A stretch of DNA of 63,776 bases, the filler included, from Octopus bimaculoides (taxonomy: Eukaryota), in the NCBI RefSeq assembly GCF_001194135.2. It is 6 parts of 6 records of this genome, joined end to end, with 100 filler letters (N's around TTAATTAATTAA, not from the genome) between each part and the next. Parts side by side here need not be neighbours in the genome. Positions count along the whole stretch, not along the records: positions 1 to 8,732 come from NC_068990.1; positions 8,833 to 15,813 come from NC_068981.1; 4 more parts are not named here. One strand, 5' to 3'. Under the pieces are notes generated by a model, which saw nothing but the letters and a program-made list of their open reading frames with translations, searched no databases and was not told the origin of the DNA. This document shows, one piece after another, positions 1-12,299 of this stretch (the first letter of the stretch is position 1; each line of letters begins with the position of its first letter). The position numbers and the translations under genes are program-made.

Positions 1-128
1 TGTGTGTGTGTGTGTGTATGTATACACACACACACTTATAAAGATTTATGCAGCACGCGCCCAGTCACTCCATCACAAGCTCATACGCATTCTGACAGAT
101 AAGAACACACACACACACACACACACAC

Positions 129-170
<42 letters not shown>
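1..170. repeat. (TG)n/(CA)n microsatellites
   Basis: Direct dinucleotide runs. Confidence 0.95.
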
Positions 171-171
<1 letters not shown>

Positions 172-589
172 CATGCACACAAATACAAACACACAGATAT
201 AATGTGGTCTAGAATTAACCACTTCTATTTTCACATCGCATCTCATCGTTGAAATAATTACCATCATTCTGTCACAGATCAACGCACGGACTTTGTCTTC
301 CGTTATTAGCGCTTATCTTACCCTTATTTTACACCTGAGCCCCAAGTTTTCACGTCATTTCATTTTGACTTCCATCACACATCTAACCCCCAGAATATTA
401 TCCTTTTGTATTTTAGTTGTCTTTCCTCATTTCTGTTTTTTTTTTCTTTTATTGTTTGTCTTTTGATTTTAGTTTTATATATTTTTCTATTTGTTTCTTA
501 GGGAATGAGAGCTTGTTTGTGTTGACAGTGAATTTTGTAGATGCTCTTTTTTCAATCAGTGAAGAGAAATATGTAATTTATTTTGTGAT

Positions 590-850
590 AGAACATCATA
601 TTTGAAAACCTGAGGATCAGAGTTCAAGTCTTGTTTCAATACGCAGGTTCTGCGATTTATCACATTTGCTTTTATGAGTGTGTGAATATGTGGAAGTGGA
701 GTGTTGGTAAGAATGGTTAGCGTCTTGAGCTGTGTTATTCTGGTTGTAATTTGTTCCTCTGCTGTAGACTGCACCACATTCACCTGTGCACGTTCTTTAA
801 GGTGTATTTGACGACCATATTGCAGAACAAACTGTCAGGATATTGTGTTA
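590..850 (-). mobile_element. Possible Penelope-like GIY-YIG endonuclease relic
   Basis: Minus-strand translation gives CTGECGAVYSRGTN, then ITTRITQ in another frame, loosely like the CxCG.xYIG.T.R.L..RI.EH motif. Heavily frameshifted. Confidence 0.25.
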
Positions 851-984
851 AACTTTTTTGACATACTCTGTCTCCTTCTCTCTCCTTCACTCCTTAAATT
901 ATTTATAAAAAGAACTTCATATATATAGAAATATTACTACGCACATGCACACACACGCATATGTGTGTGTGCATGCGAGCATGT

Positions 985-1480
<496 letters not shown>

Positions 1481-1519
1481 TCCCAACCTAATGGGCGGTT
1501 CGGAATTCTAGTTTAAAAA

Positions 1520-1800
1520 CGGACAAAGATTTGAAATTAAAACTGAGTTTACCAATGTATCCGAAAACCTAATCTATGTCACAACTTTTTCAGGATGGGG
1601 ACACAACTATATAAGAAAAGCTATAAAGTCTTTCAAACGGAGAATAATACTGCATAAGGAACAATTACCTTCCCCGAGATATAAACAAATACTATTAAAT
1701 GAAAATATAGAGATGTGCGAAGAATCTCCAAATAAACTTTAAAGTCTTACTCATGTACCGATGCAAGGAAGCAACTTCTGTCGAACAATGGTGAGATAAG
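1520..1800 (+). mobile_element. Possible Penelope-like RT C-terminal relic
   Basis: ATG-less open frame of about 76 codons, FKNGQ...GWGHNYIRKAIKSFKRR...NENIEMCEESPNKL*, loosely like the PLE NGY..FI.KAIK and HNI.V.FKP.NKL motifs. Confidence 0.3.
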
Positions 1801-2394
1801 GCGATTACATTTATTGCAAAATATCAACTGTTCCTTAATATGAACTTATATCCAATTTTAGACTATGTGAGTTCTTTTTTAACTTTTAATCTTAATATAA
1901 GCTATTTACTTTCAAAGAAACGGGTAATTATCCATCCTGATTTTAATAATAATCACTGATTACCTTTCCAAAAGTATATTATTTGTCTCCTGATTCATTT
2001 ACAAAATATCCTTCCTCTTACTTACATGGAATGGAAACTTATTATGATAGCATGGAATTGTAACATTATCACTAACTACTTAGTCTTTATTAGCATAAGC
2101 ATACAGGTCGACTATGTAAATGTTCTGTTTCATAAAAATATGTATACTCGTTTTGTTCAACATAAGATTCCTGAGCATTTTCCTTATTTTTATATTTTTC
2201 ACTACAATTCACCACGTGGAGTTTTTTCTTGATTTTTTTTTCTCGAACATATCACTATTTATATATATATTAATGCTTATTTTAATGTTTAACTATAATT
2301 AAAACAAATTTGCATTAACCTCAAAGTTTACTCCATACTTTTGTAGAGTACAAATTTATTATACTTTTACAAGAATGGTATTGACAGTGACTTC

Positions 2395-2427
2395 CACGTT
2401 TCGACCAGTTAAATCATCATCGGACTG
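2395..2427 (-). ncRNA. Degenerate minimal hammerhead-like motif
   Basis: Minus strand reads CCGATGA-T-GATTTAACTGGTC-GAAAC-GT-G. One core mismatch, weak stem II, no stem I. Confidence 0.3.
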
Positions 2428-3045
2428 CATTATGTTATTCTTGGCCTTATACAGTCTCTGTTGATTTATATATATNNNNNNNNNNNNNNNNNNNNNNNNN
2501 NNNNNNNNNNNNNNNNNNNNNNNNNNNNNNNNNNNNNNNNNNNNNNNNNNNNNNNNNNNNNNNNNNNNNNNNNNNNNNNNNNNNNNNNNNNNNNNNNNNN
2601 NNNNNNNNNNNNNNNNNNNNNNNNNNNNNNNNNNNNNNNNNNNNNNNNNNNNNNNNNNNNNNNNNNNNNNNNNNNNNNNNNNNNNNNNNNNNNNNNNNNN
2701 NNNNNNNNNNNNNNNNNNNNNNNNNNNNNNNNNNNNNNNNNNNNNNNNNNNNNNNNNNNNNNNNNNNNNNNNNNNNNNNNNNNNNNNNNNNNNNNNNNNN
2801 NNNNNNNNNNNNNNNNNNNNNNNNNNNNNNNNNNNNNNNNNNNNNNNNNNNNNNNNNNNNNNNNNNNNNNNNNNNNNNNNNNNNNNNNNNNNNNNNNNNN
2901 NNNNNNNNNNNNNNNNNNNNNNNNNNNNNNNNNNNNNNNNNNNNNNNNNNNNNNNNNNNNNNNNNNNNNNNNNNNNNNNNNNNNNNNNNNNNNNNNNNNN
3001 NNNNNNNNNNNNNNNNNNNNNNNNNNNNNNNNNNNNNNNNNNNNN

Positions 3046-3079
<34 letters not shown>

Positions 3080-3249
3080 CCTGTGTGTATGTGCAGATGA
3101 TACTCATTTCTGCACGCTTATCAAAAGGCCTACGCTCAAATTCATTCGAGTGGTGCCCCTCCCAAAAGTTTGAAGATATCTAGTATATCTTTCGTCGTTT
3201 CAAAAACGGTGGGATGTGACATTTAGGATGATGTATATGCTATCTCTTG

Positions 3250-4450
3250 TGGTCTTATTAGACTATCTTTCAGTATATAGAGATAGTAAAGAAGAATCTG
3301 TCAGGAAAGCTGTGGAACTCATCACATAGACGCGTAATTTATTGGAACTTAACTGTAGTCGACCATTATTCTCAGCAGTGGTATATTGACACAGTGCACA
3401 CTTTTTCTACATAAACCTGCCTACAAGGGCATGTTTGATTTAAAATTCGATAGAGATAAGGATTAATGGATGTACGATTATATTATGGAAGTGATACCTG
3501 AATTGACCATCACAGATTGGTGACCAAGCTGTGACTGAAGTCGATGTTAGACTCACCCAGGTCAAAAAAGCATAATCAAATAACAATAATAATCGATTAC
3601 TACAGAATACAGTGAGAAATGTTCATCAGAGAATGTTATCTTTATTGGAAAAATAATGCAATGATTTATCATTTATCAATATATGTTGTTTCACAGTAAT
3701 ATTACTGAAGTAGTGGAGTTGGATACTTAAAGAAAATTGGGCAGCTATAAGTTCTAGGATACTAACAGGCAAAAAATAGAGTGAAAGAAAATTCTTAAAT
3801 TATAAAACATCAGAAAAGCAAGTGTTCATCAACTAATTATTGTTACAGCTCAAGAAAGCCTTAAAAGAGCATAATGAAATTTGAGCAAATAAAGGCCAAT
3901 AGAAAGCAAAGAGACTATAATATTAAATGACGCAGAATCAGTTTAACAAATGGTAAGTATATTCGAAGTAAATTAGATGGATCTTGAGGATATTTGATTA
4001 AAACACCGGAACAGATGATAGATTAATAACCAGGTAAGAGATATTTCTTAACCGAATAAGATTTGAAAAGATATTCAAGACACGAAATAGGATTATTGGC
4101 TATCAGCACCTGGAACTGAAATAGCAATCACAATAGACGAGTGATATGAGCATTAACATTCTGGAAGCAAAAAAACATCTCAGACAATGATTCTATATGT
4201 ATTCACGTAGATCAACTAAAATATGGTGGACTTCAGTATTATGAACTGAATATGTTGAACTGTATCTAAAATTATATGAAAACAAGAATCAAACACGGCT
4301 ATGTGTTATTGTTTCTACTTTTCTATATAATAGCCGATTGTTTTCATTAGACACGTTATCATAAAAGGATTAAATGATACTCTGTTGATAAAGGGCTTCA
4401 GACAAATACAATGAGTTGTCTATATGTGCTAAATCATAACAAATAATGAA
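3250..4450 (+). mobile_element. RTE-type LINE relic (APE endonuclease and linker)
   Basis: Fragmentary translations TLFLHKPAYKG, YDYIM, IDHHRLVTKL, QLKYGG resemble RTE ORF motifs. Many stops and frameshifts. Confidence 0.6.
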
Positions 4451-4689
4451 ATATTGGAATATGAAGTTCAGAAAATAATACTTAAAAATAAATGGAAATC
4501 AATAATAATAGAAGTGTGAGATGAATCACGTGACAAACAATAAATGCTTGTGAATGACTGTATATTAGCATGGCCATCATATTTTGGAACTGAAGAATTT
4601 AATTGAGGGCTGGATGAAACAACGGCTCCATTTGTTTTTCAAATTACAACAGATTTTTAAACAGTTTATATCGTTGTTAAATATTCTTT

Positions 4690-4870
4690 TCTGCTCTAGG
4701 CACAAGGCCCGATATTTTTTTTTNNNNNNNNNNGAGCAGTCGATTAGATCGACCCTAGTACGCAACTGCTACTTAATTTATCGACCCCGAAAGGATGAAA
4801 TGCAAAGTCCACCGCGGTGGAATTTGAACTCGGAACATAAAGATAGACTAAATATCGCTAAGCAGAACCC
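4690..4870 (-). mobile_element. SINE family B
   Basis: aggcacaaggcccg...cgattagatcgacc...gaaaggatgaaatgcaaagtc...gaatttgaactc. Reverse complement of the copy at 6770. Confidence 0.85.
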
Positions 4871-5559
4871 TTTGGCAATATTTGGAGGGTTTGATTAAGT
4901 ATTAATTCAATATTTAACAACAATATAAGGAAACAGCTGTAAGACCTATTTATAAATGTTCTAAAATCTTCACAGCCTTACACATACTTACACTCACATT
5001 CTTATAGAAAGACAATTGTTTTCGAGTTGCTTTAAAGGAGAAACCTAATTCAAAAGTTTATAGACACATTCTCCATACGGGAAGAATGTTTTCAGGTTTA
5101 TTTTATGAGACATATTTTCGTTTCTACATTGTTGAAATGCACATAGTAAAATGATGTTTATAACAATAAAAAGGAGAAAACCGCCCATGAACCGCTTAAT
5201 GAATGGGATATGCTTAATAAACAAAGTAAAGAGTAAATAAAAATTATTAACACACAGCTGAAAAAAAAAATAGCGTTATACTGTAGACATCATTAAGACT
5301 GAAACAAAATGTGTGCAGCTGTAACATTATGATACGGAAAAAATTTTAGAAAGCGATAATTTTTCTTGTGCTGCTAATCCAATAGAATGAAAACAATGAA
5401 CAAACAACCAATGTGTCAAAAATTTGTGTTTGCTTGAAGACTGTATCCAAGAAGTAACAAGTAGGAAGGTCACATACCATGACTGCTAAAATATAGTATT
5501 GGTTCTACACTTGAGGTCATAAGCGCTTGCTAGAAACCATTAAAGACAGTGGATGAACA

Positions 5560-5850
5560 GAATTGCTGAATGTCGAATAAGATGCCTTGCAGTATGGTTA
5601 GTTCGTTCTGATTTCAAATCTCGTTAATTACGTTCTGATTTCAAATCGCTACGAGAGTCAATCTTGGTTTTCATCTCTCCTGAGCCATTAAAATACTATC
5701 ACTCAAGTACGGGGTCGATTGAACAGAATAAACACCTCTGTAAATTTGTGTTAAAAACTTAGTATTTTTAATATATTAGTAGCAGTTGAGTACTGGGATC
5801 GATGTAATCGACTTACTCATTACTCCTAAATTTGCTGGTCTTATTGTAGA
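5560..5850 (+). mobile_element. SINE family B, degenerate
   Basis: cgttctgatttcaaatc...ggggtcgattgaac and gttgagtactgggatcgatgtaatcgacttac. Confidence 0.6.
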
Positions 5851-5869
5851 ATTTAACTCTGGAATGTCG

Positions 5870-6726
5870 GCAAGCGCTCACAACCTTCTGCCAATCGGGC
5901 AATGCGGTCGGTGGAAGTACCACAATGGAGTTCTATTGAGAATTAATGGCAGGTAAGAATGACGACGTCCCCGGAAAAACTCTGGTCATTGAGAGAGATC
6001 AATTAGCTGGTCTTTTCCGGAGGACTTTCAAGCCGAAGCCTATGGATAACTTCTAGATATCCCTAGCCTGGTAGTACTACTAGAGAGCTCTACGGTTTGA
6101 GACAAGCTCTACAGGCACGGAAATGCTGACAGACGGACTTGTCCGATATATGTGCAGGAGAACGAAACCGTATTGCATTCACTTGTCCAGTGTCCGTTCA
6201 TTACTGAACTTTGTCAAACAGTTGTTGACGCGAGTAGGACGGATCCGGTTATTAGCTGAATCCATCGTGCGGATCGACCTGCTGCCTCCCTTTGGCCGGG
6301 AAGGAAAGGCAGTTTTCCTCTGTCTGGTGACTGTAGTGAAGGAGGTAGTGTGATGGACGAGATTGAAAGGACTGAAGACAGTCCTCTTCAGCCAAGCCCT
6401 CATCGACTTTTTCAAGTTCCATTTGAAAAGCAAGGTGAGGAAAGTGGGTAAATGTGGCGAGTATGGCCAGTGTGAATGGGCCTACTCTGAACATTGGAGT
6501 TGAGAAGAGAGGCACCTGCTGAGGTGCTCCTGGCTGTTGGGATAACCACAATGTATAGGGCTCCTCGGTTGTCCCTGTGAGGAACTTACCTTCTGAGGAA
6601 TTTTATTGTTTAAATTTAATATTAATTGTTATTGTTGTTTGTTGCATACTCGACATTGCGCCAAACCCCACTTTTCTCTTGTGTTGTATTAACCTGTTTG
6701 TTTTTTTGTGTTCGACCATTGTGGCC

Positions 6727-6728
<2 letters not shown>
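5870..6728 (+). mobile_element. L1/Tx1-type LINE ORF2 3' end relic
   Basis: Translations SLAW*YY*RAL, DKLYRHGNADRRTCP and ENETVLHSLVQCP form a decayed CCHC knuckle typical of the L1/Tx1 ORF2 C-terminus. Confidence 0.7.
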
Positions 6729-6769
<41 letters not shown>

Positions 6770-6771
<2 letters not shown>

Positions 6772-6995
6772 GGCAGTGAGCTGGCAGAATCGTTAGCACG
6801 CCGAGCAAAATGCTTAGCGGCATTTTATCCGTTCTTACGTTCTAAGTTCAAATTCTGCCGATGTCATCTTTTCCTTTCATCATTTTGGGGTCGAGAAATT
6901 AAGTACCAGTTGAGTACTGGAGTCAATGTAATTTACTAGTCACCCCCCCCCCTAAAATTTCAGGCCTTGTGCCTTTAGTAGAAAGGATTATTATT
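6770..6995 (+). mobile_element. SINE family B, flanked by (ATT)n
   Basis: aaggcagtgagctggcagaatcgttagcacgccg...gttcaaattc...gccttgtgcctttagtagaaaggattattatt. Confidence 0.9.
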
Positions 6996-7450
6996 GCCAT
7001 TGTTGTTGTTAAAAAATTTAGAGTGTTAATAGGATGTAGAAGAAGAAAGTAAGGATGAGGAAATCGTGATGACCATAGAATTTCTCAAGACGTTTTAATA
7101 ACGTCTGATACGTGAAGAAAACTCACCACCTGAAAATCAAAGCTCAAAACCAGGTCAAAGATTTGATGGTGCCAATCAAAAAACAAAAAGAATAAGAACG
7201 AAAATTGATAGAGAGCGAGTGGGGGTGGGGGGTCGAATATATTTGAACAGAGAATAAAAAGAAAAATAACGTTTTTTTTTTCTTTTTGTTTCATTTTCGT
7301 TATTTCATTGAGAAAGGAACGTATTAAAAATACAAATAAAGGTAGTTACTATGCAAAAATAAGGTAGGATATAAAATCTCCAAAACAATTATTCATTGAA
7401 AATTATAGTCTGTCTTTATTGTTATTATTATCAAATTAGAAGCCAATGCT

Positions 7451-7761
7451 GCTGCTGCTCCTCCTCCTCCTCCTCCTCCTCCTACTACTACTACTACGAC
7501 TACTACTACGACGACGACTACTACTGCCACTGCTGTTCATGCCGTTGCTGCTGTCGATGATGCTGCAACTGTTATATTGTTGTTGTTCTGGTTATTGTTG
7601 TATTTATTATTATCAATAATGATAATTTTTTTCTTGGCATAAATGTTGAAAGCAGTTATCTAAGAAATAAATGTCAACAGACCAATTCTGTACTAGTCAT
7701 ATATATTTGCAGGCAATTTCTGTTTATTGCACAAAAGTGATCTACACACTTCTTTACCTAC

Positions 7762-7826
<65 letters not shown>

Positions 7827-7959
7827 AGTCTGTCTGTCTGTATGTCTATCTGTCTGTCTGTCCATCTATCTTAGCCGGCCTGAAATAATTATTCTTAATA
7901 ATGATAAATAGGATCACATCAGAGAACACTAAATCACAGAGTTTGCGCAGTTAGTGTAA

Positions 7960-8027
<68 letters not shown>

Positions 8028-8050
8028 ACAGCAGCAGCAGTAGTAGTATA
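7451..8050. repeat. Microsatellite cluster: (CTC/CTA/CGA)n, (TATC)n, (TAG)n
   Basis: Direct simple repeats at about 7451-7580, 7756-7870 and 7955-8050. Confidence 0.95.
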
Positions 8051-8223
8051 GAAGAAAGAAGGGGAGGTGGTTTGGCTGGGATACGCAGCCTACAAAATAT
8101 TGTTAGCTTCTTGATAAGCAACAGGAAGCAAAAACACGCATGCAAGGACACACACACACCTAAGCATATATAAATATGAATACATATACATACACCAACA
8201 CACATAGGCATACATATAAACAC

Positions 8224-8262
<39 letters not shown>

Positions 8263-8272
8263 NNNNNNNNNN

Positions 8273-8314
<42 letters not shown>

Positions 8315-8732
8315 ATGATTAGTGAGTAGTAATGATATATATATATATCCTCTCTCTCCACCTCTCCACCTCTCCACGTGACCAGTGTTCGGCCAAGCCT
8401 GAACTTTCTTTCCCAGTACTACTAACATCCGTGCAACATCTATATTCCTCCTCATGCCTGTCACCTCTTATGTCCCTGCCGTAAGGCTTCACTTCCACAT
8501 ACACCAGCTTAATTTAATTCGTCATTAGTCGAAAGACATCTGTTGTTAATGTCCTGTTATTTGCATTTGTATTTGTGCACCATTTCTCCGTTTTTTTCCG
8601 TCCTTGTTTTCGTATACATTCGCTGCTTGTTTTTTCCTGTCCCTTTTTTTTGTATTATCTGACTGTCTGGATGTTTTTTGTATCATTTAACTGTCTGGAT
8701 GTTTTGTGTTCTTGTCCCATTTTATATATATA

Positions 8733-8832
8733 NNNNNNNNNNNNNNNNNNNNNNNNNNNNNNNNNNNNNNNNNNNNTTAATTAATTAANNNNNNNNNNNN
8801 NNNNNNNNNNNNNNNNNNNNNNNNNNNNNNNN
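8733..8832. other. Assembly spacer 44N-TTAATTAATTAA-44N (12-mer also at 15858, 24536, 33630, 62654)
   Basis: An identical 12-mer centred in a 100 bp N block five times; it has stops in all six frames. Artificial. Confidence 0.95.
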
Positions 8833-8912
8833 GCATAGTCAAGATGGTATGTTTTCTTCTCTTACTCTTTTTTGCACACATCTACAAAATGACTTTCTAA
8901 AATGAAATTCCT

Positions 8913-9009
8913 TTATGCAGCTGAGGAGTACATTTTCATTGTACATTCTATGTAGTGTTCTCACTACATGAATAAATGGAGTTTGTACGAAACGTACGTA
9001 CTGCTATAA
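8913..9009 (+). ncRNA. Type I hammerhead ribozyme with long stem II, apparently intact
   Basis: Stem I GCAG (8917-20) pairs with CTGC (9001-04). Core CTGAGGA 8921-27. Stem II closed by GTACA (8928-32) and TGTAC (8984-88). GAAA-C-GTAC-G-T-A at 8989-9000 gives a GUA cleavage triplet. Confidence 0.8.
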
Positions 9010-9419
9010 CCTATTGAATTTTTGTTGCTTTTCTTCAAATTTTATTCACCAAATCTCTTGATTTTGTTTTTGGTTTTTACCCTACCAAATTCTGGTGCCT
9101 CAAACATTTTAAGTACCACATTTAATCTTTTGATTAAATCTATATTATTATATATATAAATATATAGATTTATTAATTTTTCTATATGTGACAGTGGATT
9201 TTCATCGATGAGTTCATGAACCTTGGTTCTTTTCCCTAAAACTATATATTTATATATATTTTACTCTGTAAAGCTCAATTTAATTTTAATTTTTTATGAA
9301 TTGATTTTAATTGAGTTTTTACCTGTAATTTTGGATTTTGTCCCTAATATTATATATATATATATATATACAAACACACACATATGCATATATGTATATG
9401 TGTATGTGTTTGTGTCTTT

Positions 9420-9640
9420 TCATCTTGTTATTACATGATGGTTGTAAGTGACTCCCCCTGTCATACATGTAGAATCGATTTGTTTCCAACTTCCCACGAA
9501 AGTATGTGCAGTCATAAGGAAACTTTGATTTGCTTGAGAACAAGTGAAGGTTTGGAACAAGAAGGGCATCCATCCTTTCAAAATCTACCTTAATGAATTT
9601 TGTCTGACCTATTGCAAGCCTGGGAAAAGGATTTTAAAAT
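9420..9640 (+). mobile_element. LINE-tail-like retroposon 3' end (family L) ending in (GAT)n
   Basis: gaacaagaagggcatccatcc...gattttaaaatgatgacg. Related to the reverse copy at 16915-17150. Confidence 0.65.
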
Positions 9641-10195
9641 GATGACGATGTCAATGGCAGTGATGATGATGATGACGATGATGATGATGACGATGGTGAT
9701 GATGGTGACGATAATGAAGAATATGATGGTGGTGATGATGATGGCGATGATGATGATAGTAGCGATCAAGAGGATGATGGTGGTGATGATGATGGTGGTG
9801 ATGATGATGGTGGTGATGATGATGATGATCATGATGATGATCATGATGATCATGATGACGATGATGATGACAACAACAATGATGATGCTAATGATGATGA
9901 TAATGATGACGATGATGACGATGTCAATGATGGTGATGATGATGGTGGTGACGATGGTGGCCGTGATGAAGATGATGGCAGTGAGGATGATGGTGGTGAT
10001 GATGATGATGATGATGATGAAGAAGAAGAAGAAGACGATGATGATGATGATGATGAAGAAGAAGAAGAAGATGATGATGATGATGATGATGATATCAATG
10101 ACAATGGCAGTGATGATGACGATGATGACAACGATGATGCTGATGACAATAATGATGATGACGATGATGATGATGACAATAACGATAATGATGAC

Positions 10196-10231
<36 letters not shown>

Positions 10232-10320
10232 GATGATGATGATGATGATGGTGGTAGTGGTAGCTGGTGATGATGGTGGTGGTAATGGTGTTGGTGATGA
10301 TGATGACAATGATGATGATG
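9639..10320. repeat. About 680 bp cryptic (GAT)n microsatellite
   Basis: Degenerate GAT/GAC/GGT/GAA triplets. Source of the poly-Met, poly-Ile and poly-Ser ORFs. Confidence 0.95.
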
Positions 10321-11258
10321 GTATATTTTTTAATAGAATGTAAAATAGTTTGTAGAAATTACTAGAAACAAGATGAAGAAGAAAAGTCAGACAAAAATGG
10401 GAGTGGAATACAAAGATATATCACATATGAAATGAAACAGTTAGAGAGTCGAAACAACACTAGACTTTGCATCTCTAACATACATATGTTATATCCTGAC
10501 ATTTTATACCTAAATATCATTTAATGAAAAACAATTAAAATGAAACAGTAGATTGAAAAGGAAGTGTCTACATTAATATTTGCATTTTATTGATCAAGAA
10601 AGTTAAGTGCATTTGTGAAATGACAAGAATTTTCAATTAAGACAAAAATATTACATTTGTTTAATCATGTCATGTAACTGTAAACAGATTAGCATTTGTC
10701 CACCCAATCTATCAAAGATATATTTAAATTTCTTTGAAGTCTATTTTATTGGAACTTATTGCAAAACTACTAATGTGTGTTTTTGCTAAGATTACCTTAG
10801 ATTAGTTGACTCTGATAGTCACAAACAACCGTAATGTTTGGAAAAATTACAAAAGGGTATAGTTTATGAAACTGGTTTGTTTTCTAATTAGGATGGTCTA
10901 TTTTGTTCATATTTCCGTAATTGTTACTTACCAAAATTATCAACAATGTGTATCCTCTCATCGTCTTGCATTTTTTTTTTTTTCAGGTTTTAATTACTGT
11001 ACAGAACTATCTACTTTATCGCCTAGTCTGATATCTCTCAAATGATTTTATGCTAAGTGTCAAGAATACTGACTAGAGTGATGCATAGGCTTGTGGTAAT
11101 GGTAGTGGTGGTGGTGGTGGTGGTGGGTGTCAGATTTAGGCAACAGCAGCAACATCAGCAAAAAAATACATTACCATCAATGGCAATGACAATAGCAATT
11201 GCAACAACAATATACTACTATCAACAATGAACAAAATTGTAAACCTAGATGTATAAGC

Positions 11259-11395
11259 ATAGGCATGGCTGTGTGGTTAAGAAGCTCACTTTGCAACCAC
11301 GTGGCTTTTGGTTCAATCCCACTGTGTAGCACCTGGGAAAATTGTCTTCTACTATAGCTCTGGCCAACAAATATCTTGTGAGTGAATTTGATAGA
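11259..11395 (+). mobile_element. SINE family A head
   Basis: ggcatggctgtgtggttaagaagctcac...ggttcaatcccactgtg: A-box and B-box-like motifs followed by gtcttctactatagc. Confidence 0.8.
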
Positions 11396-11399
11396 CATA

Positions 11400-11680
11400 T
11401 ATCAAGAAAAGGGACATAATAAAGAGTGACATACCATCAAAATCAGGCTTAATGGGAGGTTCCATATTACGCTCTAGTATCTAATATAGTATGATGCAGG
11501 CACCAAGCTTGGGATAGCCAAATAGCAGAAAAATAATTAGCAGAAAGCAGGTGCAGTCTTCAAAGTTTTATGGAATATACACACATTTCCTCGAAAGGCT
11601 GGAAGAATTGCATAACAAATAGGGACATTATGAAATCATGCATTTACCTAAACAGTGGTGGAATACTGATGAAGTGAAAT
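11400..11680 (+). mobile_element. CR1/L2-type LINE relic (post-RT region)
   Basis: Translations YYALVSNIV*CRHQAW and YTHFLERLEEL resemble the CR1 motifs Y..LVRP.LEY...W and SY.ERL..L. Confidence 0.4.
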
Positions 11681-11879
11681 GTATGACTGCATAATTCTTG
11701 TATTGTAGTTATGTAATTAAATCAGTGGTTTGATGAGATGTGTGTATGTCCTATAAAGCATTAAATACCACACATTTTTTGCTTGTTGTTTTTTCTATAC
11801 ATAAATATATATGTGCATGTTTGTGTGTATATTTCAATGCAAGTGTGTGTGTGTGTATGTATATATGTGTATATTCATA

Positions 11880-12260
11880 TGCATGTATGTCTTTGTAAGG
11901 GTTCTTTGCTCCCACCACCATCACCACTTGACCACCAATGTTAGTTTGTTTATGTCCCTATAACTCAGTGGCTCAGCAAAAGGGACCAATAGAATAAGTA
12001 CAGCATTTAACAAAAAATAAGTTCTGAGGTTGAGGTTTATTTGATTAAACCCTTGGAGTTGGTGCCCCAGCATGGTCTCAGTCCAATGACTAAAACAAGT
12101 AAAAGTTTGATAAAAGACACTCTAAGCTGAATATCAAAACCTAGAATAAGTACTAGGCTTACAAGGAATAAGTCCTGGGGTCGATTTGGTCGACTAAAGG
12201 TGGTGCTCCAGCATGGCCACAGTCAAATGACTGACACAAACAAAAGAAAAATAAAAGAAA
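11880..12260 (+). mobile_element. SINE family A body and duplicated tail
   Basis: ttgaccaccaatgttagtttgtttatgtccc...gaataagtactaggcttacaaggaataagtcctggggtcgattt. Confidence 0.8.

Positions 12261-12296
<36 letters not shown>

Positions 12297-12299
<3 letters not shown>

Larger units (their letters stand above)
8378..9040. mobile_element. Family E hammerhead-bearing element, copy 1 (body on minus strand, hammerhead arm on plus strand, gap between)
   Basis: 8380-8720 is the reverse complement of 13040-13520. The 8989-9035 segment matches the reverse complement of 12550-12600. Confidence 0.7.

Noticed and set aside
2461-3107. Long ORFs spanning N runs (here and at about 12.6, 27, 29, 40, 46, 56, 59.5, 61 kb)
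   Set aside because: Open only because N codons are not stops.
8777-8788. TTAATTAATTAA repeated five times between N runs
   Set aside because: Always centred in 44N+12+44N; an artificial scaffold spacer, not a biological motif.
9600-10343. 247 aa poly-Met ORF and the parallel poly-Asp frame, superficially like acidic shell proteins
   Set aside because: Both come from a (GAT)n array, which rarely gains stops in these frames. The Asp frame has a stop just upstream and no start or acceptor.
11432-11472. Minus-strand exon-like RNMEPPIKPDFD with GTATGT donor, reminiscent of an AGC-kinase tail
   Set aside because: No pyrimidine tract, and the plus strand is better explained as a CR1-type LINE relic.
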